A stretch of DNA of 64,000 bases from an uncultured Chloroflexia bacterium (GCA_963724295.1 CAVRUC010000002.1:224001-288000); one strand, 5' to 3'; numbered from the stretch's first letter, positions 22,381 to 32,999 are shown. Translations and numbers: made by a program. The notes: generated from the sequence alone by a model not told the origin.

Positions 22381-24856
22381 ACGCCATCTGATCCGCGGCG
22401 AGCAATCCCTGGCGCTGGGCCGCGGTAACCGCTTCCACCCGGTTGCCGACGCCGAGCTTGGCGAAGAGGTTGGTGACATGGGTGGTTACCGTGCGCCGGC
22501 TGATGAAGAGAGCCTCGGCAATCTCGGGGTTGGACCACCCGGCGGCGAGGAGCCTCAGCACTTCGTACTCGCGCGATGTCAGCGTGTGACGGTCCTTCGC
22601 TCGCGGCTCGTCCCGGGATGGCATGTCGCGCGGCACGCGAAGAGCTTCGGTGACGGCATCCGATAGCGTCAGCGCCCTCCCGGCGTCCCAGGCTACGGCA
22701 AAAGCCGCCTCGTCCAGGGCGGCGTGGGCCATTTGCCGCGCTTCCTCGACGCTGGAAGAGCGCGTCTCGACGGCGCCAATCGCCTCGCGTAGCGCCTCGG
22801 CCGCGGCAAAGAGACGCACGGCGCGTTGGTCCTGCCGCGATAGCGCGGCGGTCTGCGCCAACCCACGCAGGCAACTTGCGACGCTGATCTTGTCGCCATC
22901 GGTCCAGCGAAGCGAAAGGGCCTCGGCGTAAATCGCCGCGGCCCTCTCCAGTTCACCCCGGCGCAGAGCGAGGCGGCCGAGGTTGATGAGCGTGACCGCG
23001 GCGCCGAAGGTGTTGCCCATGGCGCGAAACTGAGCGAGCGCCTCGCTGAGGCGGTCGTCCGCGAGGTCGAGGTTGCCTTGCAGGTAATCCACGAACCCGA
23101 GATTCTTGAACAGGTAGGGGGTCCAGGTTGCGCGGTCCAGGGTTTTCTCGATTGCCATCGCCGCGGCAAACGCGTCGCGCGCCGCATCGAGCTCGCCCGT
23201 GCGCAAGGCGATCAACCCCAGGGCGGTCAGAGCCTGGGCTTCGGACCCCGGATTCTCGTGGATGCGCAATAGTGAGAGGGCGTCGGCAACCATTCGCTTC
23301 GCTCGGCCCGCGTCGCCGTGCTCGTTCGCGAGCCAACCTGTGGCGACCAGGGCGGAGATCAGGACTTCCGGTGGCGTGGGGCCAAGCGCCACGGCGCGCT
23401 CGCCCCAGGTCATCCCCTCGCCCGCTTTTCCGGTTACGTACCAATACCAGCACGTCGTGTAGGCAAGTCGCTGCGCCTGATTGGCCTCACCTCGGTCGAT
23501 GAGCCAGCTCAGTGCGGCGCGGAGATTGTCGAGCTCCGCGTCCAGCCAGGCCAACCCGCGCCGCGTGGCCCAACCGTAGACCTCCGGCCAGACCCGATCG
23601 GCATAGTCAGTCAGCCACGCGGCGTGCCGGCGGGCGGTGGCATCCACCTCCCCGGCGCGTGCCAGCTCCTCGGCCGCGAACTCGCGGATCGTCTGCAACA
23701 TGATGAAGCGCGACGATCCAGCCCGATTCACCTCGCGCAGCAAGTTCTTCTCGACGAGCGACGTGATCCCGTCGAGAACGGGCGGTGTGTCGCTGCGCTC
23801 AGGAGATGGCAACCACTGCGGGGCTTCAGGGAGCTCCGGTGCGGTATCGGTGGGTGCGGGAGCACGGGCCGGAGGCCGGAGGTTCGAGGATGGAAGCGCC
23901 CTCGACTCTCCCTTGCCTCCTTCACTCCCTGAGCTCAGGGACACCCCCTGCGTGACAGCTTCCGCGGCCTCGAGGGTGAAGCCTCCGGCGAAGACCGAGA
24001 GCCGCCGAAAGAGCGCTTGTTCGTCGAGCGGAAGGAGGTCATAGCTCCAGGCGATTGCCGCACGGAGTGTCTGCTGTCGCTCGGGCAGATCACGGGCGCC
24101 GTGTACCAACAGCGACAAACGGCTGTCGAGCCGGGCCAGCATCCGGTCCGGATTCAGCACGTTGGCGCGTGAGGCGGCCAGCTCGATGGCGAGTGGCAGT
24201 CCGTCGAGGCGATCGCAGATCTCCGCGACCGCTCGAGCGTTCTCGGCGGTCACCGCAAAATCAGCGCGCACCGTCCGGGCCTGGCGGATGAACAGGGCGA
24301 CAGAAGCATTAGCGATGAGGGCATCCGGCGATGAGCACTCGGCAAGATCGGGAACGGGCAGTGGCACGACGGCGAGCTCGTGTTCGCCGCGCACCCGCAG
24401 CAGCTCGCGACTGGTGATCAGCGTCTTCAGCCGCGGGCAGGCGATAGCGAGCTCGGCCACGGCCGGGGCTGCGGTGATGACCTGCTCCATGTTGTCGAGC
24501 AGCAGGAGCATTTCCCTATCCTGTAGCGCACGGCCGAGGCGCTGGGGCAGCGACGGGCCGTCTGGATCCTGAAGCTCGAGGATTCGGGCGATCTCTTGCA
24601 GTACACGATCCGGCTCCTGTACCGCCTCCAGCGGGACCAACACCACGTCGTGACCCGCGGCGGTCCGATGCGCGGCACCGGCCTCGAGGGCGAGGCGGGT
24701 CTTGCCCACGCCGCCGGGGCCGGTGAGGGTAAGCAGCCGTACGTCGTCCCGGCGCAGGAGGCCGAGAATCGCTGCAATCTCCGACTCGCGGCCAATGAGC
24801 GGCGTGAGCGGAACAGGGAGCGGAGGAATCGGATCCTGGGACTGGATGGCAGCCAC
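22373..24856 (-). CDS. STAND ATPase-TPR-LuxR transcriptional regulator
   Basis: [28 protein letters not shown]-terminal [25 protein letters not shown] start 24856 inferred. Confidence 0.92.
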   Translation of the reverse strand: MAAIQSQDPIPPLPVPLTPLIGRESEIAAILGLLRRDDVRLLTLTGPGGVGKTRLALEAGAAHRTAAGHDVVLVPLEAVQEPDRVLQEIARILELQDPDGPSLPQRLGRALQDREMLLLLDNMEQVITAAPAVAELAIACPRLKTLITSRELLRVRGEHELAVVPLPVPDLAECSSPDALIANASVALFIRQARTVRADFAVTAENARAVAEICDRLDGLPLAIELAASRANVLNPDRMLARLDSRLSLLVHGARDLPERQQTLRAAIAWSYDLLPLDEQALFRRLSVFAGGFTLEAAEAVTQGVSLSSGSEGGKGESRALPSSNLRPPARAPAPTDTAPELPEAPQWLPSPERSDTPPVLDGITSLVEKNLLREVNRAGSSRFIMLQTIREFAAEELARAGEVDATARRHAAWLTDYADRVWPEVYGWATRRGLAWLDAELDNLRAALSWLIDRGEANQAQRLAYTTCWYWYVTGKAGEGMTWGERAVALGPTPPEVLISALVATGWLANEHGDAGRAKRMVADALSLLRIHENPGSEAQALTALGLIALRTGELDAARDAFAAAMAIEKTLDRATWTPYLFKNLGFVDYLQGNLDLADDRLSEALAQFRAMGNTFGAAVTLINLGRLALRRGELERAAAIYAEALSLRWTDGDKISVASCLRGLAQTAALSRQDQRAVRLFAAAEALREAIGAVETRSSSVEEARQMAHAALDEAAFAVAWDAGRALTLSDAVTEALRVPRDMPSRDEPRAKDRHTLTSREYEVLRLLAAGWSNPEIAEALFISRRTVTTHVTNLFAKLGVGNRVEAVTAAQRQGLLAADQMAST

Positions 24857-24994
24857 GATGGACGTGTCCCTGAATTTATGGTGAATCAAGAGTCAATTGC
24901 TGGGAACAGTACATGGCCCCGTGTCGCGGCACAAGTGATGATCTCTCACCCACGCTGCTGATGAGGGGGTGCAGCGGACTCTCGGGATTGACGA

Positions 24995-25390
24995 TTATCC
25001 CATTGGCCTTCGCAACACCATGCCCCCGCACGGCTTCATGCCGAGGCGTTCGTAGAAGGGCACGACGTCGGGATCGCACAGAAGATCGACGTTCGGCAGG
25101 TGACCGAGCCGGTCGAGCATGCGCGTCATCAGCGCCCGGCCGATGCCCCGACCCTGATAAGCGGGCAGCACCTCCAAGAGAGGAATGAAGCTGCTGAGCA
25201 CGCCGTCGGTAAGCGCGGTCACAAATCCAACCACCTGGCCGCTCTTGAGGTCGATCGCGAGCACCACATGATCGCTGCCGGAGAGCAGGCGGAGATGCGT
25301 CTCCGGCGAGGGCGGATGCGGCCAGCCGGCGAAGAAGCCATCAAGGTGTCCAGGCTCGATTCCAGCCAGCGATTCGGTGTAATCGATCAT
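24995..25390 (-). CDS. GNAT N-acetyltransferase
   Basis: EVLPAYQGRGIG acetyl-CoA motif, PFYERLGM. Confidence 0.9.
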   Translation of the reverse strand: MIDYTESLAGIEPGHLDGFFAGWPHPPSPETHLRLLSGSDHVVLAIDLKSGQVVGFVTALTDGVLSSFIPLLEVLPAYQGRGIGRALMTRMLDRLGHLPNVDLLCDPDVVPFYERLGMKPCGGMVLRRPMG

Positions 25391-25514
25391 GCGGACCTCG
25401 CCCGATCTGAACTCAGCCGCGCGGCCTTTAGTGACGTCGACGCGGCCGATGTCGCCAGAGAGGGCGATCTTCCACGAGGCACATTCTTGCTCCAGCGAAA
25501 TCCCCAAGCGGCGC

Positions 25515-25958
25515 CTAGCCGGTGCGCTCGAGCACGATGACCGGGAGTTGGCGCACCGTGTTGCGCTGGTACTCCGCGAAGTTTGGCATCCGGGCCGCCA
25601 TCTGATCGAAGAGACGTTGCCGCTCAGCTCCCGTGGTGATTGTGGCGCGCGCGGGGAATGACTCCGCTCCCACTTCGACCGTGACCTCCGGGTTGGCGCG
25701 AAGGTTGTAGTACCAGTCCGGGTGCGTCGGCGCGCCGCCCTTGGAGGCGATCACGATCCAGCGGCCGTTGTCGGTTGTGTAGACAAGAGGCGTCACTCGT
25801 GGCTGCCCGGACCTGGCGCCGGTCGTGGTCAGGACCAGGAGGGGCGCGCCGGCAAACATCCCGGTGACCTTGCCCCCATTGGCGCGATACTCCTCGATCA
25901 ACTGCCGGTTGAACTCGTTGTAGTCCGTGCTCTTTTCGTCCTGCCCGATCTCAGCCAT
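25515..25958 (-). CDS. Deazaflavin (F420)-dependent nitroreductase-family protein
   Basis: LTTTGARSGQPRVTPL, ASKGGAPTHPDWYYNLRANP. Confidence 0.92.
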   Translation of the reverse strand: MAEIGQDEKSTDYNEFNRQLIEEYRANGGKVTGMFAGAPLLVLTTTGARSGQPRVTPLVYTTDNGRWIVIASKGGAPTHPDWYYNLRANPEVTVEVGAESFPARATITTGAERQRLFDQMAARMPNFAEYQRNTVRQLPVIVLERTG

Positions 25959-26147
25959 TGTTGCTTCGTATCCTTCTTGTCTTGCCGGCGCTAGCCGCAG
26001 GTCGTGCGTCATCTGTTCCGCCCGCCGGCGTTTCTGGGTGGGGACAGCACCGCTCAAATGAACTACGAAGGTCCGCGGATGTCCAGCAACAGCCACGGCA
26101 AGACGAGTGGGGGGAGTGCACCGCGGTATCGGATCTGCGCCAAATAT

Positions 26148-26561
26148 TCATGTTGGCTCGGGTTGAGGTTGGACGTGTTGGCGCAACCACGCCTCGAATA
26201 CGTCGATCGCCGCGTCTGGTTCGCCGGAACGTTCGGCGAATCGCTCGAACTGTCGGGCAAGGGCAAGCCGGTCGCCGCTATACGTCAGACCATTCATGCG
26301 GAGAAACGTGTTGAGCGTCAGATAGGCAGTCCGCTTATTGCCGTCGAGAAATGCCTGCGCTTGCGAGATGCCAACGCCGAGTAACGCGGCCTGCCGAACA
26401 ATATCCGCACCCTCGTAGTACGCCGCCATTTGCGGTCTCATCACCGCAGACTCAAGGCCCCCTTCGTCGCGCAAAGGCTTTGGCTCGTCTCCGAGGCGTC
26501 GCAGTGCACTCTCGTGGATCGCGATGACGTCCGCGAGACTGAGATATTGCGTTGGATTCAT
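26148..26561 (-). CDS. doc: Doc/Fic-family toxin
   Basis: LRDEGGLESAV and QAFLDGNKRTA (Fic motif with Gln at the His position). Confidence 0.85.
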   Translation of the reverse strand: MNPTQYLSLADVIAIHESALRRLGDEPKPLRDEGGLESAVMRPQMAAYYEGADIVRQAALLGVGISQAQAFLDGNKRTAYLTLNTFLRMNGLTYSGDRLALARQFERFAERSGEPDAAIDVFEAWLRQHVQPQPEPT

Positions 26562-26564
26562 GGA

Positions 26565-26780
26565 TCAGCGACCGGCGAGGTAACGAAGGGCGTCCTCGTG
26601 CTCGTCTAGCAACTGATCCACGATTTCCTGCAGTTCTGGGCGGAGAACTGGCCGCACTTCGAGTTCAGTGAGCTGCAGCGCCAGAAGCTGTCCCTCGTGC
26701 CAGCCCCGCCGCTCGACCTCTTCTTTCGGTACCGTCACGACGTAGCTATTGCCCACCTTGCGAAGCTGCTGAGTAATCAC
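26565..26780 (-). CDS. AbrB/MazE-family antitoxin
   Basis: LRKVGNSYVVTVPK swapped-hairpin motif; directly upstream of doc. Confidence 0.88.
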   Translation of the reverse strand: MITQQLRKVGNSYVVTVPKEEVERRGWHEGQLLALQLTELEVRPVLRPELQEIVDQLLDEHEDALRYLAGR

Positions 26781-26897
26781 CCGACTCTCCGTTCAAAGCG
26801 ACATATTCGATCAGCGCCAATACCTATATGATATATACAATGCAATTAGTATATACGCCGACTCCATGCAGGTTCTGAGCAAACGGCGCGGATGACG

Positions 26898-27890
26898 TTA
26901 GCTGGCATCAACCAGCTCCACGACCCGCGCAAACTGCGCAATGGTCTCCGGCGTGCAGGGATCGAGCCCGGCCACGAAGTGCTGGACGCCGAGCTCCCGG
27001 AAGCGCAAGATCGTCGCGGCGATCTCCTCATCACTGCCGCGGATCGGATCGGGACGCTTGCCGAGGTACCCCGGCATGGCGATGTTGCCGCCGGCGGTGC
27101 GGACCAGTGTCGCCGGATCCCGGCCGACGTCGCGGCAGGCCTCGTCGACCGCGGCCATCTGGGGCACGATCGCGTCGGGGTCCCCATGCCAGACGGTGTT
27201 CCAGGCATCGGCGTAGCGAGCGATGATGCGCAGCATGCGGTGGCCGGTAGAGCCGACCAGGATGGGTGCGCCGGTAGGGCGCGGTCCACGCGGTCGATTG
27301 ACGGCGTCGCGCGCCTGAAAGAACTCGCCCTCGAAGTCGACGTGTTCCCCCCGGAGCAGTGGTTGGATGATTGCCATCGCTTCTTCGAAGCGGCTGACAC
27401 GGTGATCGAAGGGAAAACCGAACGCGTCATACTCCGGCTCGTGCCACCCCGCGCCGAGACCGAGGATGACCCGCCCCCCGCTGATGTCATCGATCGTCTC
27501 CGTCATCTTGGCGACGAGACCCGGATTGCGGAAGCCGGTGCAGGCCACGAGCGACCCGATCTGGATGCGCTCCGTGGCGCTTGCCAGACCAGCCATGGTC
27601 GTGAAGCATTCCCAGACGCCACGGTCCTCTTCATCCGAGGGTACCTGGAACTGGCTACCAGGCTGCGCCCGAAACACGAGATGATCGATGATCCAGACGG
27701 CATCGAAGCCGGCGTCTTCGGCCGTCCGGGTCATGGCCAGGATATCGGCAAAGTGAGGCGTGCCCCCAAACGCGGAGTCCTCGGCGATCGGCAGGATGAC
27801 TCCGATGCCCATCGGGCGATTGCTGACCGGCCAGCGACTTTCCGTGGCGGCCGCCACTCCCACTCCGTCCCCATCCCCGCGTTGCGTCAT
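26898..27890 (-). CDS. LLM-class flavin/F420-dependent oxidoreductase
   Basis: GFDAVWIIDH, ISGGRVILGLGAGWHEPEY; GGGGAG RBS before ATG 27890. Confidence 0.9.
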   Translation of the reverse strand: MTQRGDGDGVGVAAATESRWPVSNRPMGIGVILPIAEDSAFGGTPHFADILAMTRTAEDAGFDAVWIIDHLVFRAQPGSQFQVPSDEEDRGVWECFTTMAGLASATERIQIGSLVACTGFRNPGLVAKMTETIDDISGGRVILGLGAGWHEPEYDAFGFPFDHRVSRFEEAMAIIQPLLRGEHVDFEGEFFQARDAVNRPRGPRPTGAPILVGSTGHRMLRIIARYADAWNTVWHGDPDAIVPQMAAVDEACRDVGRDPATLVRTAGGNIAMPGYLGKRPDPIRGSDEEIAATILRFRELGVQHFVAGLDPCTPETIAQFARVVELVDAS

Positions 27891-27974
27891 CGGTCTCCCC
27901 CAGCACGACTCCATGGCCCAATGGGTGGTATCGCACGCCTCGCGTCAGTGGCGACCACTGGGACCGCAGAAACA

Positions 27975-28002
27975 GCGGAGCCCCTAACAGGAGGGGCTCC
28001 GT
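27975..28002 (-). terminator. Hairpin terminator candidate
   Basis: CGGAGCCCCT-N6-AGGGGCTCCG followed by TGTTT on the minus strand. Confidence 0.5.
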
Positions 28003-28031
28003 TACTCAGCTGGAATGATCGTACTCCGGAA

Positions 28032-28274
28032 TCACTCCAGGGAGCGGTCGATCCCACGCGAGGTCGGTGGTTGCACGAGCCAGGCGCCGCCGAGCAAGGC
28101 AAGAACCAGCCCAATGACGACGCCGATGAGTTGCTTCCAACCGAGCCCAACGCCGCCGCCGGTAAGGTTGAGCTGGTCGGCGAAGAGCGAGCCAATCGTC
28201 AGCAAGGCGCCGACCACCAGCATGACGGCGGCCGTGATGCGCATTGCGGGAGTTGCACCGGCTTGTGGTTTCAC
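28032..28274 (-). CDS. Small two-TM membrane protein
   Basis: Two hydrophobic helices around GGGVGLGWKQ; GGAG RBS. Confidence 0.7.
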   Translation of the reverse strand: MKPQAGATPAMRITAAVMLVVGALLTIGSLFADQLNLTGGGVGLGWKQLIGVVIGLVLALLGGAWLVQPPTSRGIDRSLE

Positions 28275-28482
28275 AGGAACGACTCCGGCCTACTGGGTGC
28301 TCGAACGGAAACCCTGGACTGGAACGACCATAGTGCGCTGCGAGAAAACCGCGTTACCATGCGCCGTTCGAGGGTTCCAAGTATATCATGGCAACATTGG
28401 GCCGCCTGCGTTAGCGCGAGTTTGGTCCAGATTCGGGCGCGGCCTTATGATCGAGACCTAATCGGCGAGGGCCGCCAGAAAA

Positions 28483-28500
28483 GAACATTTGTACTATACT
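28483..28500 (+). promoter_or_regulatory. LexA (SOS) box abutting a -10 element
   Basis: GAACATTTGTAC (GAAC-N4-GTTC type, one mismatch) immediately followed by TATACT, upstream of SRAP. Confidence 0.7.
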
Positions 28501-28535
28501 TGAGCGGAACCAGAATCGGAAAGGAGCATGCCCAC

Positions 28536-29225
28536 ATGTGCGGCCGATACGTGATCGAAGGCACCACCGAGCTCTCCGAGCGCTTCCAGCTGCGCCAGAT
28601 CCCCGCCGATCTCTTCCCGGAGTGGACGACGTACAACGCCGCCCCGACCCAGCTCCTGCCAGTGATCGTCGAGGACGCCGACGGCGAGAGGACCGCGTTG
28701 CCCATGCAGTGGGGTTTGATCCCGCGCTGGCGGCGACCCGATGGCAAAGCCGGCGTGGCGCCGATCAACGCCCGGGCCGAGACGCTGGACGAGAAGCCAA
28801 TGTTCCGCGGCCTCATCAAGGCCAAGCGCTGCATCGTCCCCGCGAGCGGCTTTTACGAATGGCGCAAGGTCGATGGCCGCAAGCAACCCTATTACCTCAC
28901 CTCCGAGGACGGGGAAGCCTGGGGGCTCGCGGGACTGTATGACCTGACTCATGAAGATGAGAACGACGCCGCCGGGTCGTTCACCATCATCACCACCGCC
29001 GCCAACTCGCTCGTCGCGCCGCTGCACGAGCGGATGCCGGCCATCCTCCGTCGTGAAGACGAGGAGGAATGGGTATCACGCGATGTGACCGATCCCCTCC
29101 AGGTCGAGCGGCTCCTGCAGCCCTATCGCGAAGATGCCATGCGCATCTACGCGGTAAGCCCGGATGTCAACAACACGCGTCACAACGGCCCCGAGCTGAT
29201 CGAGCCGGAAGAGGGTGATGGGTGA
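28536..29225 (+). CDS. yedK: SOS response-associated peptidase (SRAP/YedK/HMCES family)
   Basis: MCGRY with catalytic Cys2, YNAAPTQ, INARAET, GFYEW, LHERMPAIL; AAAGGAG RBS. Confidence 0.95.
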   Translation: MCGRYVIEGTTELSERFQLRQIPADLFPEWTTYNAAPTQLLPVIVEDADGERTALPMQWGLIPRWRRPDGKAGVAPINARAETLDEKPMFRGLIKAKRCIVPASGFYEWRKVDGRKQPYYLTSEDGEAWGLAGLYDLTHEDENDAAGSFTIITTAANSLVAPLHERMPAILRREDEEEWVSRDVTDPLQVERLLQPYREDAMRIYAVSPDVNNTRHNGPELIEPEEGDG

Positions 29226-29319
29226 CGGGGTAATTACGGTCGCTCCGCTCGCTGGTGATGGGTGATAGGAAGAACGAGTAGATCGTCTCCTATCACCCGA
29301 TCACCTATTACCCATTACC
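29214..29319. repeat. Inverted heptamer-repeat element (GGTGATG / ATCACCC-like)
   Basis: GGTGATG-type copies then degenerate reverse-complement copies between convergent genes; related copies near 49480-49499. Confidence 0.6.
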
Positions 29320-29905
29320 CTCCAACCGTCGTCTCCACACCGCTGTCGCAGGTGGCGCCGCCCTCCGGACCGTTGCCGGCGTAGCGTTCGATGAAAGCCT
29401 GCAAGCGCGGATCGTTCACGTCGTCCAGACGGAGCTGCGCGCCCCACGCCGATGCCACGACCAGATCCTCGAGTTCAGGGTAGGGGCTGATCAGTACGTA
29501 CTCCTGACCCTCGGCGAGCTCCGCCAGGCTCTCCCGATCGCTCTCTGGCAGATCTGGTTGGTACGTGATCCAGACCGCTCCGTGCTCCTGCGAATGAACG
29601 GCGTTCTCGTTCCGCACCGGAGCGTCGTAGACCATGCACCGCTGCCAGGATGGATCGTGCGGTCCGCCTGCCGGAGGATCTTGCGGATAGTCGACGGGGT
29701 CCGTGGTGTGATCCGCGGATGTGACCTCGAATGTCTCGACCCCCGGAATCGGCGTCGCTTCCGCCACGGCCGGATCGAAGATATCGGCGCCAGCGTCCGG
29801 CGTTGGGCTCGCCTCTTGGGCGAGCACGCATCCCGACAGTGTCAGGATGCCGATGCCAAATGCGGCGCTCATAGTGGCGATGCGAACTCTAGACAGAAAC
29901 GTCAC
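29315..29905 (-). CDS. DUF3105-domain secreted protein
   Basis: YPQDPPAGGPH, VHSQEHGAVWITY, VVASAWG; GGAGGAG RBS + GTG 29905. Confidence 0.85.
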   Translation of the reverse strand: MTFLSRVRIATMSAAFGIGILTLSGCVLAQEASPTPDAGADIFDPAVAEATPIPGVETFEVTSADHTTDPVDYPQDPPAGGPHDPSWQRCMVYDAPVRNENAVHSQEHGAVWITYQPDLPESDRESLAELAEGQEYVLISPYPELEDLVVASAWGAQLRLDDVNDPRLQAFIERYAGNGPEGGATCDSGVETTVGG

Positions 29906-29982
29906 GGATCTCCTCCACACGAATACCACAGTGCCCTCTCCGCGGCACGCGCAAGATCGTGACCACGCGCTAAACCTCGTGA

Positions 29983-30828
29983 TCAGGCCATGTGCTGGAT
30001 GACGGCGGCCCAGGCGACCAGCTGCGCCACGAACGCGGCTCCGAGCGCGAAGCGCGCCGCGAAGCGATCGATCGGATGCAGGAACCAGGCAACGACAAGA
30101 AACATGATCGTGATGAAGAGCGACATCGCCGGGAGGCGCCACAGCACGCTCGGTGGTCCCCACAGATCCGGGTTGCCCGCCGCATCGAGCCGAATCACCA
30201 CCGGCGAGGGGATACTCCCCATTCGCACGGCCAGGAGCAACGCCATCACCAGGACGCTTGCGGCGTTGATGCCGATCAATGCCAAAGCCGTCTGATCCGC
30301 TACCAGCGACGATCCGGCGACGACCCGCGGCACCCCGATCGTGACGGCGGGACGAGCGCCGCGGCCGCGCGCACTCGCCGTGCTGGCCCGGCTACGCCTA
30401 GGCGCTCGGCGGGCCCCGGGTGCGGGTTCGCGACCGCTCCGCACCGAAGCAGGTAGGCGGCGCGCGCGGCGCGGGGCGACAGATGCGTCGAAGTCGAGCT
30501 CCGACGGCATCGCCTGGTCAACCCCTTCCAGGGGAGCTTCATCAAGCTCGAGCTGCCAGGCCTCGGCATTGAGAGGATCGTCGGCGGGGAGGAAAGGGTC
30601 GTCATCCGCCGCGCGCGACGGGCGAAGTGATGGCTCGGAGGGATCAGCGGCGATGTTGCGCGTCGGCAATCGCGGCCGGTCACCAGTCATTGGCTGATAC
30701 GGATCATACGGAGCGATCGGTGGTGCCGCCGGCGGCAAGGAAGAGCGTCCCGACGGCCGCTCCTGTGCGGTCTCCTCGCCGTCGGCATCGTCGTCATGGG
30801 GACCGGAGCCGCGACCATGCTGGGACAT
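29983..30828 (-). CDS. Membrane protein with disordered N-terminus and three C-terminal TM helices
   Basis: Low-complexity N-terminus; hydrophobic C-terminus with AAGNPDLWG (DUF1648-like). Confidence 0.7.
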   Translation of the reverse strand: MSQHGRGSGPHDDDADGEETAQERPSGRSSLPPAAPPIAPYDPYQPMTGDRPRLPTRNIAADPSEPSLRPSRAADDDPFLPADDPLNAEAWQLELDEAPLEGVDQAMPSELDFDASVAPRRARRLPASVRSGREPAPGARRAPRRSRASTASARGRGARPAVTIGVPRVVAGSSLVADQTALALIGINAASVLVMALLLAVRMGSIPSPVVIRLDAAGNPDLWGPPSVLWRLPAMSLFITIMFLVVAWFLHPIDRFAARFALGAAFVAQLVAWAAVIQHMA

Positions 30829-30933
30829 CGCTCCCGCTCCTGTCTGGCGCGCGGGGCGCGCGCGTACCTCGACCGACGCCGCCGTGGCCTGGATTTCAGG
30901 ATAGCACGGTCGTTTCCGCCGCCTGCCCGAGTG

Positions 30934-32448
30934 CTACCCGGAGGGCGTGCCAGCGATAGAGATTGCAACTGGTGTTGCTTCGGGAGTCGCGGCGGGAAGT
31001 GGTGTCGGCGGCGGCAACGGCGGTGCCCCGACTGGAGGTGCGAAGTCGCCAGCGAAGGGGGTTGGTGTCGGCTCCAGCGTCGAGGTTACGGTCAATCCCG
31101 CCCGCTGCTCCTCGAGCCAGCGCTCTCCGGCCGCCTGCTGCAGGCGATTGATTTGCAGGTCGGTCAGCGGCCGATCCGGATCTCGCTCCGTGCCCTGGAT
31201 CACGTGCCACCCGAACTCCGTTTCGACCGGTTCGGAGATGGCGCCCGGTTCCAGGACGAAGGCGGCCTCGGCGAACGGCGCGACCATTTCCTCTCGGGTG
31301 AACCAGCCGAGGTCGCCACCATTTGCGGCGGTGCTTTCGTCGGTCGAAAGCTCCCGCGCGACTGCCGCGAAGTCTTCTCCACCCTCGGTCACCCGGGCGC
31401 GAGCAGCCTCGGCCTCCTCCCGCGTAGGAAGGAGGATATGCGCCGCGTGCACCTGCGGTGCGCTCTGCCCGACAGTCGCCGCGAGCGCATCGCTGACTTT
31501 CTGCCGGGCCAGCGCGGGCGCGGCCACTAACCGCTGGTAATCCTCCTCGGAGAGGTGCGCCAGGGGAAATACGTCGTTTGCGAATTGGGCAAATCCCGCC
31601 TCGGCGGTGGCGCGTGCCTCCGCGGGGTTCGGTGTGGCCGCCGGGGCCGTGGGAACGCTCTCCATTGGTGTGGCGGCGGGTGTTCCTGCCGCGTGTGTCG
31701 CCGCGATGGGTGAGGCCATACCCGGCGTGCCAATGACCGGCGTACCAGTAACCGGCGTGCCTGATACCGGCGTTCCGGCGACCGGTGACTCCACCGGCGT
31801 GGCAAAGAGTGACGCGGCGGTGCTGGTAGCCTGCGCTGCTCGCTCGGCGGTCAGCGTGGCCGTTGGGCTGGGAGCGATCAGCGGTGCGCCCGGCGGTGCG
31901 AAGCGGTTGAGCGCGAAGGTGCGGATCTCGTCATCGGTCATCTCGATCCCCAGATCGTGCATGCCCTGGAGATAGACCTGGTCGTCGATCATTTTCTCGA
32001 GCGAGGCTGAATCGACGTCGGTGCTGCCCCACACGGTGGGGAGCTCGGCCATCGATTGCTGGGCGAGCGCGAGGTACTGACCTTGCTGATCCGGTCCGAC
32101 GAACTGCGCGAAATCCTGAAATTGAAGGGCCTGTTCGTAGAGGCCGACCGCGCGCGATTTCCAGTAATCCTGGCGGGAGATCGTTGCCGGTCCAACCGTG
32201 GCCAGGGTCTGGTTTGGCTTGATGATGTACTCGTAAAGGAGTCCGCTGGCGAGGACGATCAGCGCGAGGAGGCCCGCCGCGGCCACGCCCCAGCGCACCA
32301 TGCGCTGCCGGCGCGCCTGGATTTCTCGCCGCGGCATCCGCCGCTTCGGTGTCGGACGCCGCGTGGGCGCTGGCCGGCTCCCACCTCTGAGTCGCGCCCG
32401 TGCCCGGGCGATCCGGCCTCTGATCGAATCATCACCACGTCGCTGCAT
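30934..32448 (-). CDS. Membrane-anchored parvulin-type peptidyl-prolyl isomerase (PrsA/SurA-like)
   Basis: VHAAHIL, FAAVARELS, GGDLGWF, PVETEFGWHVI; N-terminal TM; TP-rich linkers. Confidence 0.9.
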   Translation of the reverse strand: MQRRGDDSIRGRIARARARLRGGSRPAPTRRPTPKRRMPRREIQARRQRMVRWGVAAAGLLALIVLASGLLYEYIIKPNQTLATVGPATISRQDYWKSRAVGLYEQALQFQDFAQFVGPDQQGQYLALAQQSMAELPTVWGSTDVDSASLEKMIDDQVYLQGMHDLGIEMTDDEIRTFALNRFAPPGAPLIAPSPTATLTAERAAQATSTAASLFATPVESPVAGTPVSGTPVTGTPVIGTPGMASPIAATHAAGTPAATPMESVPTAPAATPNPAEARATAEAGFAQFANDVFPLAHLSEEDYQRLVAAPALARQKVSDALAATVGQSAPQVHAAHILLPTREEAEAARARVTEGGEDFAAVARELSTDESTAANGGDLGWFTREEMVAPFAEAAFVLEPGAISEPVETEFGWHVIQGTERDPDRPLTDLQINRLQQAAGERWLEEQRAGLTVTSTLEPTPTPFAGDFAPPVGAPPLPPPTPLPAATPEATPVAISIAGTPSG

Positions 32449-32579
32449 GCCTGCCGTGCTCCCGGTCCGGCATGGCGCCGGGTTGTCCGGCCCAGCGACC
32501 GGAAGGTGGCGCGTGCCGGGGGCGAGGAATCCCCGTCATCCCGGCACGCTGGTGATCGTGCGGTCCCGGCTCCTGCCGG

Positions 32580-32999
32580 TTAGCGGGTCGCGGTGGTGAA
32601 GGGCAGGAGCGCCACGTGTCGCGCTCGCTTGATCGCGACTGTCAGCGAACGCTGGTGCCTAGCGCATGTGCCGAGCTTGCGCCGCGGCTCGATCTTGCCT
32701 CGCTCCGAGATATAGCGGCGCAGTCGCGGGGTATCCTTGTAATCAACCTCCCCGATCTTATCGACGCAGAATCCGCAGACTTTGCGACGCCCGCCGAAGC
32801 GGCCACCGCCACCCCGGCGCGGTCCGCCCCGGCCACCCGGGCCACCCCGGCCACCCGGACCGCGCCCACCGCCAGGACGGTCGCCCCCGCCGGGACGCTC
32901 GCCCTGGGCACCCCCGCCGAACCGCGTCCGCGGCGCTTCCCCATCTGGACGGCCTCCGCCGTCCCCCATTCCCCTCTCTCGGGGTTCGTTGTCACTCAT
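32580..32999 (-). CDS. rpsR: 30S ribosomal protein S18 (zinc-binding type) with RGG-rich N-terminal extension
   Basis: RRKVCGFC...DYKD...ISERGKI...CARHQR...AIKRAR. Confidence 0.97.
   Translation of the reverse strand: MSDNEPRERGMGDGGGRPDGEAPRTRFGGGAQGERPGGGDRPGGGRGPGGRGGPGGRGGPRRGGGGRFGGRRKVCGFCVDKIGEVDYKDTPRLRRYISERGKIEPRRKLGTCARHQRSLTVAIKRARHVALLPFTTATR

Noticed and set aside
22191..22874. N-terminal extension of the CoA ligase ORF
   Set aside because: Overlaps the regulator in another frame; a clear RBS precedes ATG 22190
26892..28535. 777-aa ORF as a large SRAP fusion
   Set aside because: The upstream part is antisense to the LLM gene; SRAP needs N-terminal Cys2 and has its own RBS and promoter
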